Source: a virus (taxonomy: Duplodnaviria > Heunggongvirae > Uroviricota > Caudoviricetes). Taken from it: a stretch of 64,000 nucleotides of DNA. The position numbers were made by a program, and so were the translations under genes. Shown here piece by piece: positions 44,507-52,248 of this stretch (positions are counted from its first letter, which is position 1; every line of letters begins with the position of its first letter). The DNA is taken from the IMG/VR virus record IMGVR_UViG_3300050190_000017; one strand, written 5' to 3'. The notes beneath the pieces are model-generated. The model was not told the origin of the DNA. It saw nothing but the letters and a program-made list of their open reading frames with translations, and did no database searches.

Positions 44507-44905
44507 TCACGAATGGATAACAACCCGAATTGAGTTAAGAACAGGAGGTATGGTAAAGATGAAGGTTGTCGTATTTATACTTGTATGCTGAATTACAGAT
44601 ATGATCTCAGCGAACGGGGCTGCTGATGAGTACACTGATTCAACTGTATCCTGAGTTCCCAAGTTGTGCGTTATAGCATAGGATAGAGCTACACCATCGC
44701 CAATCGTCTGCGCGAATCTCGCACCGCCTGTAGAGAACATAGATGTCCAGGCCGTGCCGTCCCACACAAATGGGGTGTTGCTAACTGTATTGTAGTAAAT
44801 CTGCCCTACAACAGGTGTTAAGGGAGCTGTGGCTTGGTTGTCCAAAGCCATGCTATTGATCTGGTTTTGGTTCAGACCAAGAGCTGCATAAATTTGAAGT
44901 GCCAT
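44507..44905 (-). CDS. Beta-rich protein with GQIYYNT/WDGTAW and ITHNL modules
   Basis: FAQTIGDG...ITHNLGTQD...RVVI, paralogous to 45358..45687. Confidence 0.8.
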   Translation of the reverse strand: MALQIYAALGLNQNQINSMALDNQATAPLTPVVGQIYYNTVSNTPFVWDGTAWTSMFSTGGARFAQTIGDGVALSYAITHNLGTQDTVESVYSSAAPFAEIISVIQHTSINTTTFIFTIPPVLNSIRVVIHS

Positions 44906-44964
44906 GATAGAACTCCATTAAGTTAGATTCAATGCTGCTAACTCAATAAGGCTCTTTTACATCA

Positions 44965-45276
44965 CTACATATTCAAATATGCTACCCCTGCTACTGGTGT
45001 AGAGAATACAACCAATACAGTATTAGCGTTTAGATACTGCACCTGCCCAACTATTACATTACCTGCTAAGTCGGTGGTAGTGACCGAAGGGAACCCATTT
45101 AAGTTATGCGTAATCAACCAAGAGGCTGCAGGAGTAGGTTGACTAAAGGTGAACGAAGTTACATCTACTGGTACGGTAGGTACTACAGGTCCACTGGTAC
45201 CTGATCCGCTACCAATCGATCCGCCGGTAACAGAAGGACCTTCACCGCTAATTGAACCACCAATAACGTCAGCCAT
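44965..45276 (-). CDS. GGS-leader + ITHNL module protein
   Basis: MADVIGGSISGEGPSVTGGSIG; SWLITHNLNGFPSV...AYLN. Confidence 0.8.
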   Translation of the reverse strand: MADVIGGSISGEGPSVTGGSIGSGSGTSGPVVPTVPVDVTSFTFSQPTPAASWLITHNLNGFPSVTTTDLAGNVIVGQVQYLNANTVLVVFSTPVAGVAYLNM

Positions 45277-45328
45277 GGTAACTCCATAGATTGGAACTGG
45301 CTCAGTGGGGAGAACTGGCGTCTAACGA

Positions 45329-45356
45329 TGAAGCCGGGAGGATCCTCCCGGCTTCA
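45329..45356. repeat. Perfect 28-bp palindrome
   Basis: TGAAGCCGGGAGGATCCTCCCGGCTTCA, immediately after a stop codon. Confidence 0.9.
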
Positions 45357-45357
45357 C

Positions 45358-45687
45358 TTAGGCTTCGATAACAGCCCGTGCAGCACCGGCAGCAGGTGCT
45401 GTGGTGAAGGTCAACGTCGTAACGTTAGCACTCGTGTGAACAGCAGTGTACGCCGTCGGCGGTACTTGAAGACCCGTGATCGGATTGTACACTTGAGTCT
45501 GCGTGTCCAAAGTTCCCAGGTTGTGAGTAATTGCAAACACTGTGGTAACACCATCACCAATAGTTTGCGCGTAGGTACGCACCGGTGCGGGCGTAGCCAC
45601 CCCTTCGTAATGATGCTCCTCACCAATCGATCCACCAATCACACTGGGGCCGTCCCCATGAATTGAACCACCAATAACATTAGGCAT
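45358..45687 (-). CDS. GGS-leader + ITHNL module protein
   Basis: MPNVIGGSIHGDGPSVIGGSIG; YAQTIGDG...ITHNLGTLD. Confidence 0.8.
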   Translation of the reverse strand: MPNVIGGSIHGDGPSVIGGSIGEEHHYEGVATPAPVRTYAQTIGDGVTTVFAITHNLGTLDTQTQVYNPITGLQVPPTAYTAVHTSANVTTLTFTTAPAAGAARAVIEA

Positions 45688-45727
45688 GATAACTCCTTAT
45701 AAGGTACTTACGTGTGTATAAATGAAT

Positions 45728-45910
45728 TCAACCTACGTTCGTAGGATTCGCGTTCTGGTAGCCCGTCTGCACCGCTCCGTAGTTGCCGGTGATGACAGTC
45801 TGGTTAGTTGCTTTTGACGCCTGCAGACGCATAGCACTAAGCAGGCTCATGTTACGTAGTTGAAACAACAGCTGGTCCTGACGAGCTGCAAACAGTGGTG
45901 CGCTTAACAT
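45728..45910 (-). CDS. 60-aa protein sharing the C-terminal tail of 45993..47045
   Basis: GGAGG RBS; ATNQTVITGNYGAVQTGYQNANPTNVG. Confidence 0.75.
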   Translation of the reverse strand: MLSAPLFAARQDQLLFQLRNMSLLSAMRLQASKATNQTVITGNYGAVQTGYQNANPTNVG

Positions 45911-45932
45911 ATTAGTCCTCCGTCTTTCAGAT

Positions 45933-45961
45933 GGGGTTCAACCCTCGTGAGACTGAACCCC
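45933..45961. other. Intergenic stem-loop
   Basis: GGGGTTCA/TGAACCCC 8-bp stem. Confidence 0.6.
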
Positions 45962-45992
45962 TGATCCTCCATACACCTAATCTACTTACAGA

Positions 45993-47045
45993 CTAGGCGA
46001 CGTTCGTGGGATTGGCATTCTGGGGACCAGTCTGCACAGCACCACTGTTACCAGAAATCACATTCTGGTTCGTAGCATGAGCGATCTGGGTAAGACCGGA
46101 CAAGCTAGCTGCAATTTGCGAAAGGATAGCAAACTGCTGTTGTTGCTGTTGTTGCTGTTGAGCCTGAGCAGAAGCTTGCGACACGTTCTGGCTAACAGTA
46201 ACTTCCGTGCCACGATGTGCTTCACGCATGTTGCGATCACCGCGCAGTTCGATAATCTCATTCTGAGCAGTCGTGAGCAACCGTTGCAGGTTAGCTTCGT
46301 ACTGAGCAACAATGAGGGAACGAGTCTTATCGCCGTCATCACGGATTTGATCCGTAAGAACAGACGTTTGTTGAGCAGTCTGAAGACCCAGGTTAGCAAT
46401 ACCCAACTGGGTTGCGGCACTATAGTTTGCAGCTTGCAACGAAGCACTAGAGAAACCGTTTGCTGCTTCCGAGCGACCCAGGTGAATGTTATCGTTAATA
46501 TCCTTGCGGGCTTCAACTACACCTGCCGTAATCGCGGCTTGCCCTGCGAGTTGGGAAAGCACACCTGCATGGATGTTATCGTTGATGTTGTGGCGTGCGT
46601 CTGCAACGTTGTTGGTCAGCAGGGCCGTGGAAGCAGCAACTTGCAACTGCCCTTGCGAAGCTTGGTTAGCTGCCGCCAGTTGACCTTGTGAAGCTTGATT
46701 GCCCAAAGCGATCTGAGCACCGGCGATAGCCGCTTGAACGCGACCCTCGTTCTCAGGGATCAGCTGCTGGATGGTAGCCAAGCTTTGCAGAATGTTGTTG
46801 GTATTCTGGCTCTGGGTTTGTTGATTCAATGCCGATTGAAGATGAGCAGTAGTCACAGTATCCCCAGCAGTAGCAGCCAAACCATTACGGCCACCAAAGC
46901 CACCACCCAGGCCACCGCCAAACAGAAGAGCACCGATAAGCAAGGAGCCAATACCATCCCCGCCCATCAAGCCACCGTTGTTGCCATAACCACTACCCAT
47001 GAGACCGCCAGTGCTCAGTACCGTGGGATTAACAAGATCAGCCAT
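45993..47045 (-). CDS. 350-aa Gly/Gln/Ala/Asn-rich protein
   Basis: ATG 47045 with GAGGA RBS; Gly-rich hydrophobic N-terminus, NQASQGQL x2, INDNIH x2, DGDKTRSLI, poly-Q. Confidence 0.85.
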   Translation of the reverse strand: MADLVNPTVLSTGGLMGSGYGNNGGLMGGDGIGSLLIGALLFGGGLGGGFGGRNGLAATAGDTVTTAHLQSALNQQTQSQNTNNILQSLATIQQLIPENEGRVQAAIAGAQIALGNQASQGQLAAANQASQGQLQVAASTALLTNNVADARHNINDNIHAGVLSQLAGQAAITAGVVEARKDINDNIHLGRSEAANGFSSASLQAANYSAATQLGIANLGLQTAQQTSVLTDQIRDDGDKTRSLIVAQYEANLQRLLTTAQNEIIELRGDRNMREAHRGTEVTVSQNVSQASAQAQQQQQQQQQFAILSQIAASLSGLTQIAHATNQNVISGNSGAVQTGPQNANPTNVA

Positions 47046-47250
47046 TTTGAGTTCCTCTTTAACTAGTTTAGGAGAGATCAATACAGCTATCAATCCGGCT
47101 AGTCCCGAGGCTAAGATACGTAACAGAGCCTTGTTCTATAATTCTATGGCTATCTGTCAGTCTAAAGATAAATCCTGTGTTTTGGATTTGTGTAAAATTG
47201 TGGAATGTGTGAATTCCTCTTACACATTAAAAATGCGATATGCGAATTCC

Positions 47251-47258
47251 TGTAAATA
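47251..47258 (+). promoter_or_regulatory. TGTAAATA motif
   Basis: 29 nt upstream of ATG 47288, in a divergent intergenic region. Confidence 0.6.
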
Positions 47259-47287
47259 TAGCATATACCCCACCAACGGAGTAGGCG

Positions 47288-47710
47288 ATGACCGACGATA
47301 AAATTCAGCCGCACCAGCAACGCATAATGGCTATGTTGAAAGAAAAAGGATTAAGCCCTACTGGTAGAACAGTAAAACCGGAACCTGAGCTACAACCTGT
47401 TCCCCTCTCGGGAAAGACGATCAACTCCATGTTTCAGAATGCTTTCAGTCGAAGCCTCGAGAAGACCATCTTGTTTACGGAACGTTACAGTAATCCTAAT
47501 CCCTTCCCTGATAAACTCCTGCGGATGCAAACAGAGTATCTACGATTCAGCGACCGCGACTGCACTCCGACTGAGGAGTGGCTCGGTGATGGACCTGAGC
47601 AAGACTTCAACAAGGCGAAGACCCCAAAGAAGCAACTCGAAGCGCGTCTACACAAGAAAGACAAACCGAAAGTATCATCCCTGCTCTCTAAGCTAGTTAA
47701 GAAAACCTAA
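47288..47710 (+). CDS. Hypothetical protein
   Basis: 140 aa, GGAG RBS. Confidence 0.7.
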   Translation: MTDDKIQPHQQRIMAMLKEKGLSPTGRTVKPEPELQPVPLSGKTINSMFQNAFSRSLEKTILFTERYSNPNPFPDKLLRMQTEYLRFSDRDCTPTEEWLGDGPEQDFNKAKTPKKQLEARLHKKDKPKVSSLLSKLVKKT

Positions 47711-47721
47711 AAGGAAAAATC

Positions 47722-48303
47722 ATGGAAGTAACTTCGGCCCCATATCTAGTAGACCCAGTTCAGTTCGGTCTAAAAGATTTTGAAGACAACAGACGTAAGT
47801 TACAAGAGCTGTACACGAAGTACACACATGAGCAAATCTCGATTTATAATGAGTTACCACTGGTAGAGTTTAAGATCTCTAGTAAAGAATCGTACATTGT
47901 TGCGATTTCCGATGAAGCGGAGATCGTGTATCTAGTACATCTCAAAGCAGAGAAGTTACTTCAGCTACCCTCAAATAGCGTTACCCAAGTAGCGGTGTGG
48001 CGCCGCGCAGGTAACTCAGCCGTTACCGGATTAGCGAAGTTTGTAGTGTTCGAGATTCTTCTGCATAGGTATAACTATATAGTCTCAGATGCGTCTCAGA
48101 GTGATGATGGGAAGCGCTTCTGGCTAGACCTATTGGGCAAAGCAACAAAGTCTGGACATAAAGTAGGTGTTATGTTTGATACGAATCCGGTTGACTGGCA
48201 GGACGATTCATCCTTTAGGCTGTGGCTACGGTGCATCGAGTCAGAAGCCTGGGGACATAATCTACAGAAACACTTCTACTATCGTTTTGTAATTGCAGCT
48301 TAA
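47722..48303 (+). CDS. GNAT-fold-like protein, paralog 2
   Basis: Colinear with 39714..40292; IVSDASQSDDGKRFW. Confidence 0.55.
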   Translation: MEVTSAPYLVDPVQFGLKDFEDNRRKLQELYTKYTHEQISIYNELPLVEFKISSKESYIVAISDEAEIVYLVHLKAEKLLQLPSNSVTQVAVWRRAGNSAVTGLAKFVVFEILLHRYNYIVSDASQSDDGKRFWLDLLGKATKSGHKVGVMFDTNPVDWQDDSSFRLWLRCIESEAWGHNLQKHFYYRFVIAA

Positions 48304-48323
48304 CCCCTGGAGAATTAAAAAAA

Positions 48324-48707
48324 ATGCGACAAGTCACGAGCCACAAAGTAGCAGGCAACGAAAAGAATGAACTATTTATTGCCGTAACAGACGAGCCAGG
48401 TGCCGGCGGTGCTAGCCACGAGTATGTTGCGTACTACTCTCCAGACCCAGAAGGTATAGAATACGCAAGCCCTATTGTGAATATCAATTTCCAGAACGGG
48501 CCGATCCCTGTGAATGGTATCAACGGCGTTACTCACGAAGTCCTGTTGGCAATCGTAGCAGATCGGCTTAACTCATTTCAGATTGGTCCCTATCCCTGCG
48601 CTGAGAATGATATGGCACTGCATCACGTAGTTCAAGCACTTAACTGGTTGAAGCAGCGCACTGAAGATCGTATCAAGCGTGCAGTCGAAGGTCAACTCAA
48701 AGCGTAA
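48324..48707 (+). CDS. tad1: Tad1 (Thoeris anti-defence 1) signal-sponge protein
   Basis: GAGGASHEY, INFQNG, LLAIVADRLNSFQIGPY..EN..AL.HV..AL.W...R.EDRI.R.V.G match the recalled Tad1 pattern along the whole length. Confidence 0.85.
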   Translation: MRQVTSHKVAGNEKNELFIAVTDEPGAGGASHEYVAYYSPDPEGIEYASPIVNINFQNGPIPVNGINGVTHEVLLAIVADRLNSFQIGPYPCAENDMALHHVVQALNWLKQRTEDRIKRAVEGQLKA

Positions 48708-48758
48708 CATGCTGGCGCCCCGAGAGGCGCTAACTAACAACATAAAAAGAGAAAACAA

Positions 48759-49469
48759 ATGGCACGCCTTCCCCGTCTATTCATTCCTAACGAAGTACAG
48801 TACGTGATTCTTGACACCATATCTGGAGTCAATCCGTTCCCTGCCCTGGCCGATCAAGCAAAGTTTTATAATCTGCTCGTAGCGAATGCCAAACGCCACG
48901 ACTTGAAGATCCATGCGTACTCTATGCTCCCTAGCGGTGTTCAACTACTTGTTACCCCAGGTAACGATCAAAGTTTATCGAAAACAATTCAAGGTGTAGG
49001 CCGCACATATGTTGCTCTATACAATAGGGCCTACAAGCGGAGTGGCACGCTGTGGCAAGGCCGTTATCGCGCTACCGTTGTAGACTCCGCTGAGTGGTTC
49101 CTACGTTGCTCTGTTCTAATTGACGCAGAGGCTGCTACGCATCAGTTACCTAGCAAAGCATCTAGTCAGCTACACAACCTAGGCGTTTCCCTAGATACAA
49201 ATTTGACGCCTCACGCTGAGTACTGGGCCTTGGGCAATACTCCCTTCGCGCGCCAGGCGGCATACTCGAAGCTTGTAGCGGAGTCTGTATCTGAGCAGCA
49301 CGCCAAGACAATTATCAAGTATGCTCACGCAGGCTGGGTACTGGGTGGCGAGGAGTACCGTGCTACCGTGGCACCAAAAGCTAACCGTCGAATTGACGAG
49401 CTGTCCCGAGGCCGCCCTCGTAAAGATGGACTACCTGTAGTCTCTACTCTGGCAAAGGAAAGATCATGA
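48759..49469 (+). CDS. Catalytically inactivated REP-associated tyrosine transposase (RAYT) homolog
   Basis: MARLPRL, IHAY, RSGTLWQGRY, PHAEYWALGNTPFARQAAY, GWVLG and GRPRK conserved; HUH reads SGVQ and YIxxNP reads LIDAEA. Confidence 0.85.
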   Translation: MARLPRLFIPNEVQYVILDTISGVNPFPALADQAKFYNLLVANAKRHDLKIHAYSMLPSGVQLLVTPGNDQSLSKTIQGVGRTYVALYNRAYKRSGTLWQGRYRATVVDSAEWFLRCSVLIDAEAATHQLPSKASSQLHNLGVSLDTNLTPHAEYWALGNTPFARQAAYSKLVAESVSEQHAKTIIKYAHAGWVLGGEEYRATVAPKANRRIDELSRGRPRKDGLPVVSTLAKERS

Positions 49470-49678
49470 GTAAAGTTAAGCGGTGGGATAAAATACAGGG
49501 TGCGCGAGTGGAGTCTCCGCAGAAGGTTGAGGACTTCATAGCGGCGTACGACGAACTATGTCGTGTGCATGGCCTTACCCTTTCGCATGAGGACGGTCAT
49601 GGGTGCTTCATCATAGAGAATCTAAGTGAACGCAATCTCGATCGGGTTAAGGACGCACGTCTTCGACTTGAAGATTAA
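49466..49678 (+). CDS. Hypothetical protein
   Basis: 70 aa, coupled. Confidence 0.7.
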   Translation: MSKVKRWDKIQGARVESPQKVEDFIAAYDELCRVHGLTLSHEDGHGCFIIENLSERNLDRVKDARLRLED

Positions 49679-49687
49679 GGAATAACG

Positions 49688-49882
49688 ATGCGTGAAAAGT
49701 ATGTGGACGAGAAGATTGGCATCTACATGATCTGGGGAACACGTCCTGACGGTACTGTAGACGTGGCAGACCAACGTGGGGATATTTTTGATGGTATACC
49801 AAAGGACGTTGCTGAGAAGATCATAGCGGCACATGATCTGTTTCGTCATACCGTCTATGACTTACTATGTACGAAAGTGTAA
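49688..49882 (+). CDS. Hypothetical protein
   Basis: 64 aa, AAGGA RBS. Confidence 0.7.
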   Translation: MREKYVDEKIGIYMIWGTRPDGTVDVADQRGDIFDGIPKDVAEKIIAAHDLFRHTVYDLLCTKV

Positions 49883-49891
49883 GGAACGATC

Positions 49892-50179
49892 ATGCAACTC
49901 ACACAGAAAGAGAAAGAGCTTCTCGCTAACACGTTGAAGGACCGGTACGATCAGTCGCACAAGTACAATGTAGGTGACATGGAACTGGGTTCCACGGTTA
50001 TCGTTCGTTGTGCGGAGAAGGTCGACGGTGTAGAGGATGTAGCCCACGCTATCCTAGTTGTGTTCCGTCAGAACAGGAAGGACACGCTGCTCGCCTCTAT
50101 AGACTTCGACACAGTTGATCCAAGCTACAGGCTTAAGCACGAGGAGCAGGTGGCACCTCTCGTAATTATACGGGGCTAA
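49892..50179 (+). CDS. Hypothetical protein
   Basis: 95 aa, AAGGA RBS. Confidence 0.7.
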   Translation: MQLTQKEKELLANTLKDRYDQSHKYNVGDMELGSTVIVRCAEKVDGVEDVAHAILVVFRQNRKDTLLASIDFDTVDPSYRLKHEEQVAPLVIIRG

Positions 50180-50182
50180 CTT

Positions 50183-50425
50183 ATGTACAAAATAACTTAC
50201 CCTAATTCCGCCTGGGAACAAAGTGCTAGTGGGGCCGACATAGTACAAGATTATATTACTCACTCAAGATCCTGGGAGAAAGCCCCCTGCCTAGAGGAGC
50301 AGGTACAACGCTTGGCACAATTAGTTGGTGTCATCTCTGACAAGCTGGGTATCAACCTGCTGGAGGTCATCGACAGGGGTGCCGTGGATAAACCGTACAC
50401 TCATGTTAGGGATGATAAGCAATGA
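50183..50425 (+). CDS. Hypothetical protein
   Basis: 80 aa. Confidence 0.65.
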   Translation: MYKITYPNSAWEQSASGADIVQDYITHSRSWEKAPCLEEQVQRLAQLVGVISDKLGINLLEVIDRGAVDKPYTHVRDDKQ

Positions 50426-50760
50426 GAATACTAAGTAAGCTCAACCGTCGTGACTTTAAAACCCTACCTGACATGGGTATTCATAAGCTGGAGGCAGTAT
50501 ATCGTTTCGTCCTACGTAAGCGTGGTGCTAAAGCGTCAAAGCTCACCCTATTGTTTCAACTTAGTGCTCACCAAGTAGCGTCTCTAGGCAATGACGGTCG
50601 CTTCTCTTCCTTCGGCCCACTAGGCTCAGATCGCAAGCTACTCGGTCAGCGGCGAACGTCTCGCTTCCTACGTTATAACTTTGTCTTTGCCCGAGTTAAC
50701 GATCTGACTATGATGCGTCGCTTTTACGCAAAGCGCGGATGCAGGAGGGTCTTCCCATGA
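50422..50760 (+). CDS. Basic hypothetical protein
   Basis: 112 aa, Arg-rich, coupled. Confidence 0.65.
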   Translation: MRILSKLNRRDFKTLPDMGIHKLEAVYRFVLRKRGAKASKLTLLFQLSAHQVASLGNDGRFSSFGPLGSDRKLLGQRRTSRFLRYNFVFARVNDLTMMRRFYAKRGCRRVFP

Positions 50761-50948
50761 GTTCGCTAAGGCATCTGAATCTGAAACATTACCCGAACAC
50801 CCATGTAGTGTTAGCATTCTTCGATGGTGTCCTCTATAGGGTGTCGGTCAACGGTCAATCGGTTCACTATTTCCCCGCAGAGGGCCGGAGGGAGGCAATC
50901 CGCAAGTTTGAGGCATGGCTAACCCTCAAATACCCGCCTAAATTCTGA
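50757..50948 (+). CDS. Hypothetical protein
   Basis: ATG 50757 coupled, GGAGG RBS. Confidence 0.65.
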   Translation: MSSLRHLNLKHYPNTHVVLAFFDGVLYRVSVNGQSVHYFPAEGRREAIRKFEAWLTLKYPPKF

Positions 50949-51029
50949 GCAAAAGAGGTCGTTTTTCTGTTGTTTTTACGCAAATTTGACCTTCCAGACG
51001 ATATTTATTGTACAAAACCCCTAAAACTG

Positions 51030-51038
51030 TGATATACT
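51030..51038 (+). promoter_or_regulatory. Extended -10 sigma70-type early promoter
   Basis: TG-A-TATACT in an AT-rich intergenic region; TTGTAC 19 bp upstream of the hexamer. Confidence 0.5.
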
Positions 51039-51065
51039 GAAAGCGTAAGGCAAAGGAGGTTCAGA

Positions 51066-51428
51066 ATGGACAAGAAAATAGAATTGAATGCGGCGCAAAG
51101 ACTTGAAGCGTCATTCAGAATTGAGGCAATGGCAACGTTGCAAGGTAAGCGAACAGGCTTGGGTAACATTCTGGTTTGGATTTCAAAACGCTACCCCCAA
51201 CATGCTTGTCGCGTTAAAGTTTCAAACATACGAAACACTTATTCACCCGACGATAACTTCACTCTTGATCTTGAGGGTGTCCATCGAAATGGTGATGTAA
51301 AGATTTCCCAGTCGGAGTTGTCCAAGGTTCGAGATTGGATAGCGTTGAACAGGGAAGTCATTCAGCGCTTCTGGGACGATGACACGTTCCTAGATGATGA
51401 TATGCGTGACGAGCTCCAGAAAGTTTAA
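51066..51428 (+). CDS. Small early protein (DUF4160-related fold, tentative)
   Basis: TGLGNILVWIS...HACRVKV...VRDWIALNREVIQRFW; AGGAGG RBS. Confidence 0.7.
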   Translation: MDKKIELNAAQRLEASFRIEAMATLQGKRTGLGNILVWISKRYPQHACRVKVSNIRNTYSPDDNFTLDLEGVHRNGDVKISQSELSKVRDWIALNREVIQRFWDDDTFLDDDMRDELQKV

Positions 51429-51431
51429 TAC

Positions 51432-51465
51432 TGTAAACTGATTTCACACTCCCACCGAAAAGGAA
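51432..51465 (+). repeat. Start-associated leader repeat
   Basis: TGTAAACTGAT...CCCACCGAAAAGGAAAA. Confidence 0.75.
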
Positions 51466-51470
51466 AACAA

Positions 51471-51857
51471 ATGAAAGCCAATGTAAAGCAAGCTAAGAAG
51501 TTTATCAAGATGGTGTTCGCAGTTGAAGCAACACTTGTTCGTAATGAGAAGAACAGCAATGCTTTGTTTGCTGCTACGTTTATCAAACATGTTCCTATGG
51601 ACGAGTTGTTCGCACACGCCAAGCTTGTGCTCGCTAGTGTGAAGGGTGCAACAGTAAAGCGCCTCAAGAAGGCAAACTACGGCGCTGCCAATATCATCGA
51701 GATCTGGTTTGCTGGCAACCAAGTTCGACTTACTCAATACAGTGGCGAGCGTGAAGTTCACATCGAGTTGGTTGATGCCTCCTGCAATCGCTCGTGCCGA
51801 CACAAAGACGCATACGGTGTGTATCTCCCAATCAACAAGCACTCAGTTACCCGTTAA
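51471..51857 (+). CDS. Hypothetical early protein
   Basis: 128 aa. Confidence 0.8.
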   Translation: MKANVKQAKKFIKMVFAVEATLVRNEKNSNALFAATFIKHVPMDELFAHAKLVLASVKGATVKRLKKANYGAANIIEIWFAGNQVRLTQYSGEREVHIELVDASCNRSCRHKDAYGVYLPINKHSVTR

Positions 51858-51861
51858 GTTT

Positions 51862-51889
51862 TAAACTGATTATCCCTAACGAAAAGGAA
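51862..51889 (+). repeat. Start-associated leader repeat
   Basis: TAAACTGATTATCCCTAACGAAAAGGAA; near-identical to 40639..40666. Confidence 0.75.
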
Positions 51890-51896
51890 TTCTCAA

Positions 51897-52202
51897 ATGA
51901 ACATCGCTCAATTCTACGCACTCGATGACTCTGAACAGGCTGCTATTCTGGATAAAGCAGACGCCGCAATTCTGGCATTACCGGGACTGACCCCGGATCA
52001 CGGATCCACTATGGTTCTTGAGTGTGATGGTTATGAAGACGACATATACATCAAGATGATGAGCTGTCACGGTGTCACGGATGATGCTAACGGCCTTGCA
52101 CTGCAAGCGTACCTTAATAGTAAGGGCATTGGTTTTGACTCAAGCCGCAACCGTAGTATGGGTATGAAGCTGTCGGATTTCCTCTCTGAGTTCTGCCGGT
52201 AA
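51897..52202 (+). CDS. Hypothetical early protein
   Basis: 101 aa. Confidence 0.8.
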   Translation: MNIAQFYALDDSEQAAILDKADAAILALPGLTPDHGSTMVLECDGYEDDIYIKMMSCHGVTDDANGLALQAYLNSKGIGFDSSRNRSMGMKLSDFLSEFCR

Positions 52203-52248
52203 ACTAGTATCACCGATTTCAAACTCCCTAAGAAACGGAGATTCAAAA

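Noticed and set aside
48713-48732. Hairpin upstream of the RAYT as a cognate REP
   Set aside because: No GTAG or GGAG tetranucleotide 5' of the stem and no second copy; likely an ordinary mRNA stem.
48759-49469. Active IS200/RAYT mobile element
   Set aside because: HUH and catalytic Tyr are absent, and there are no flanking REP arrays.
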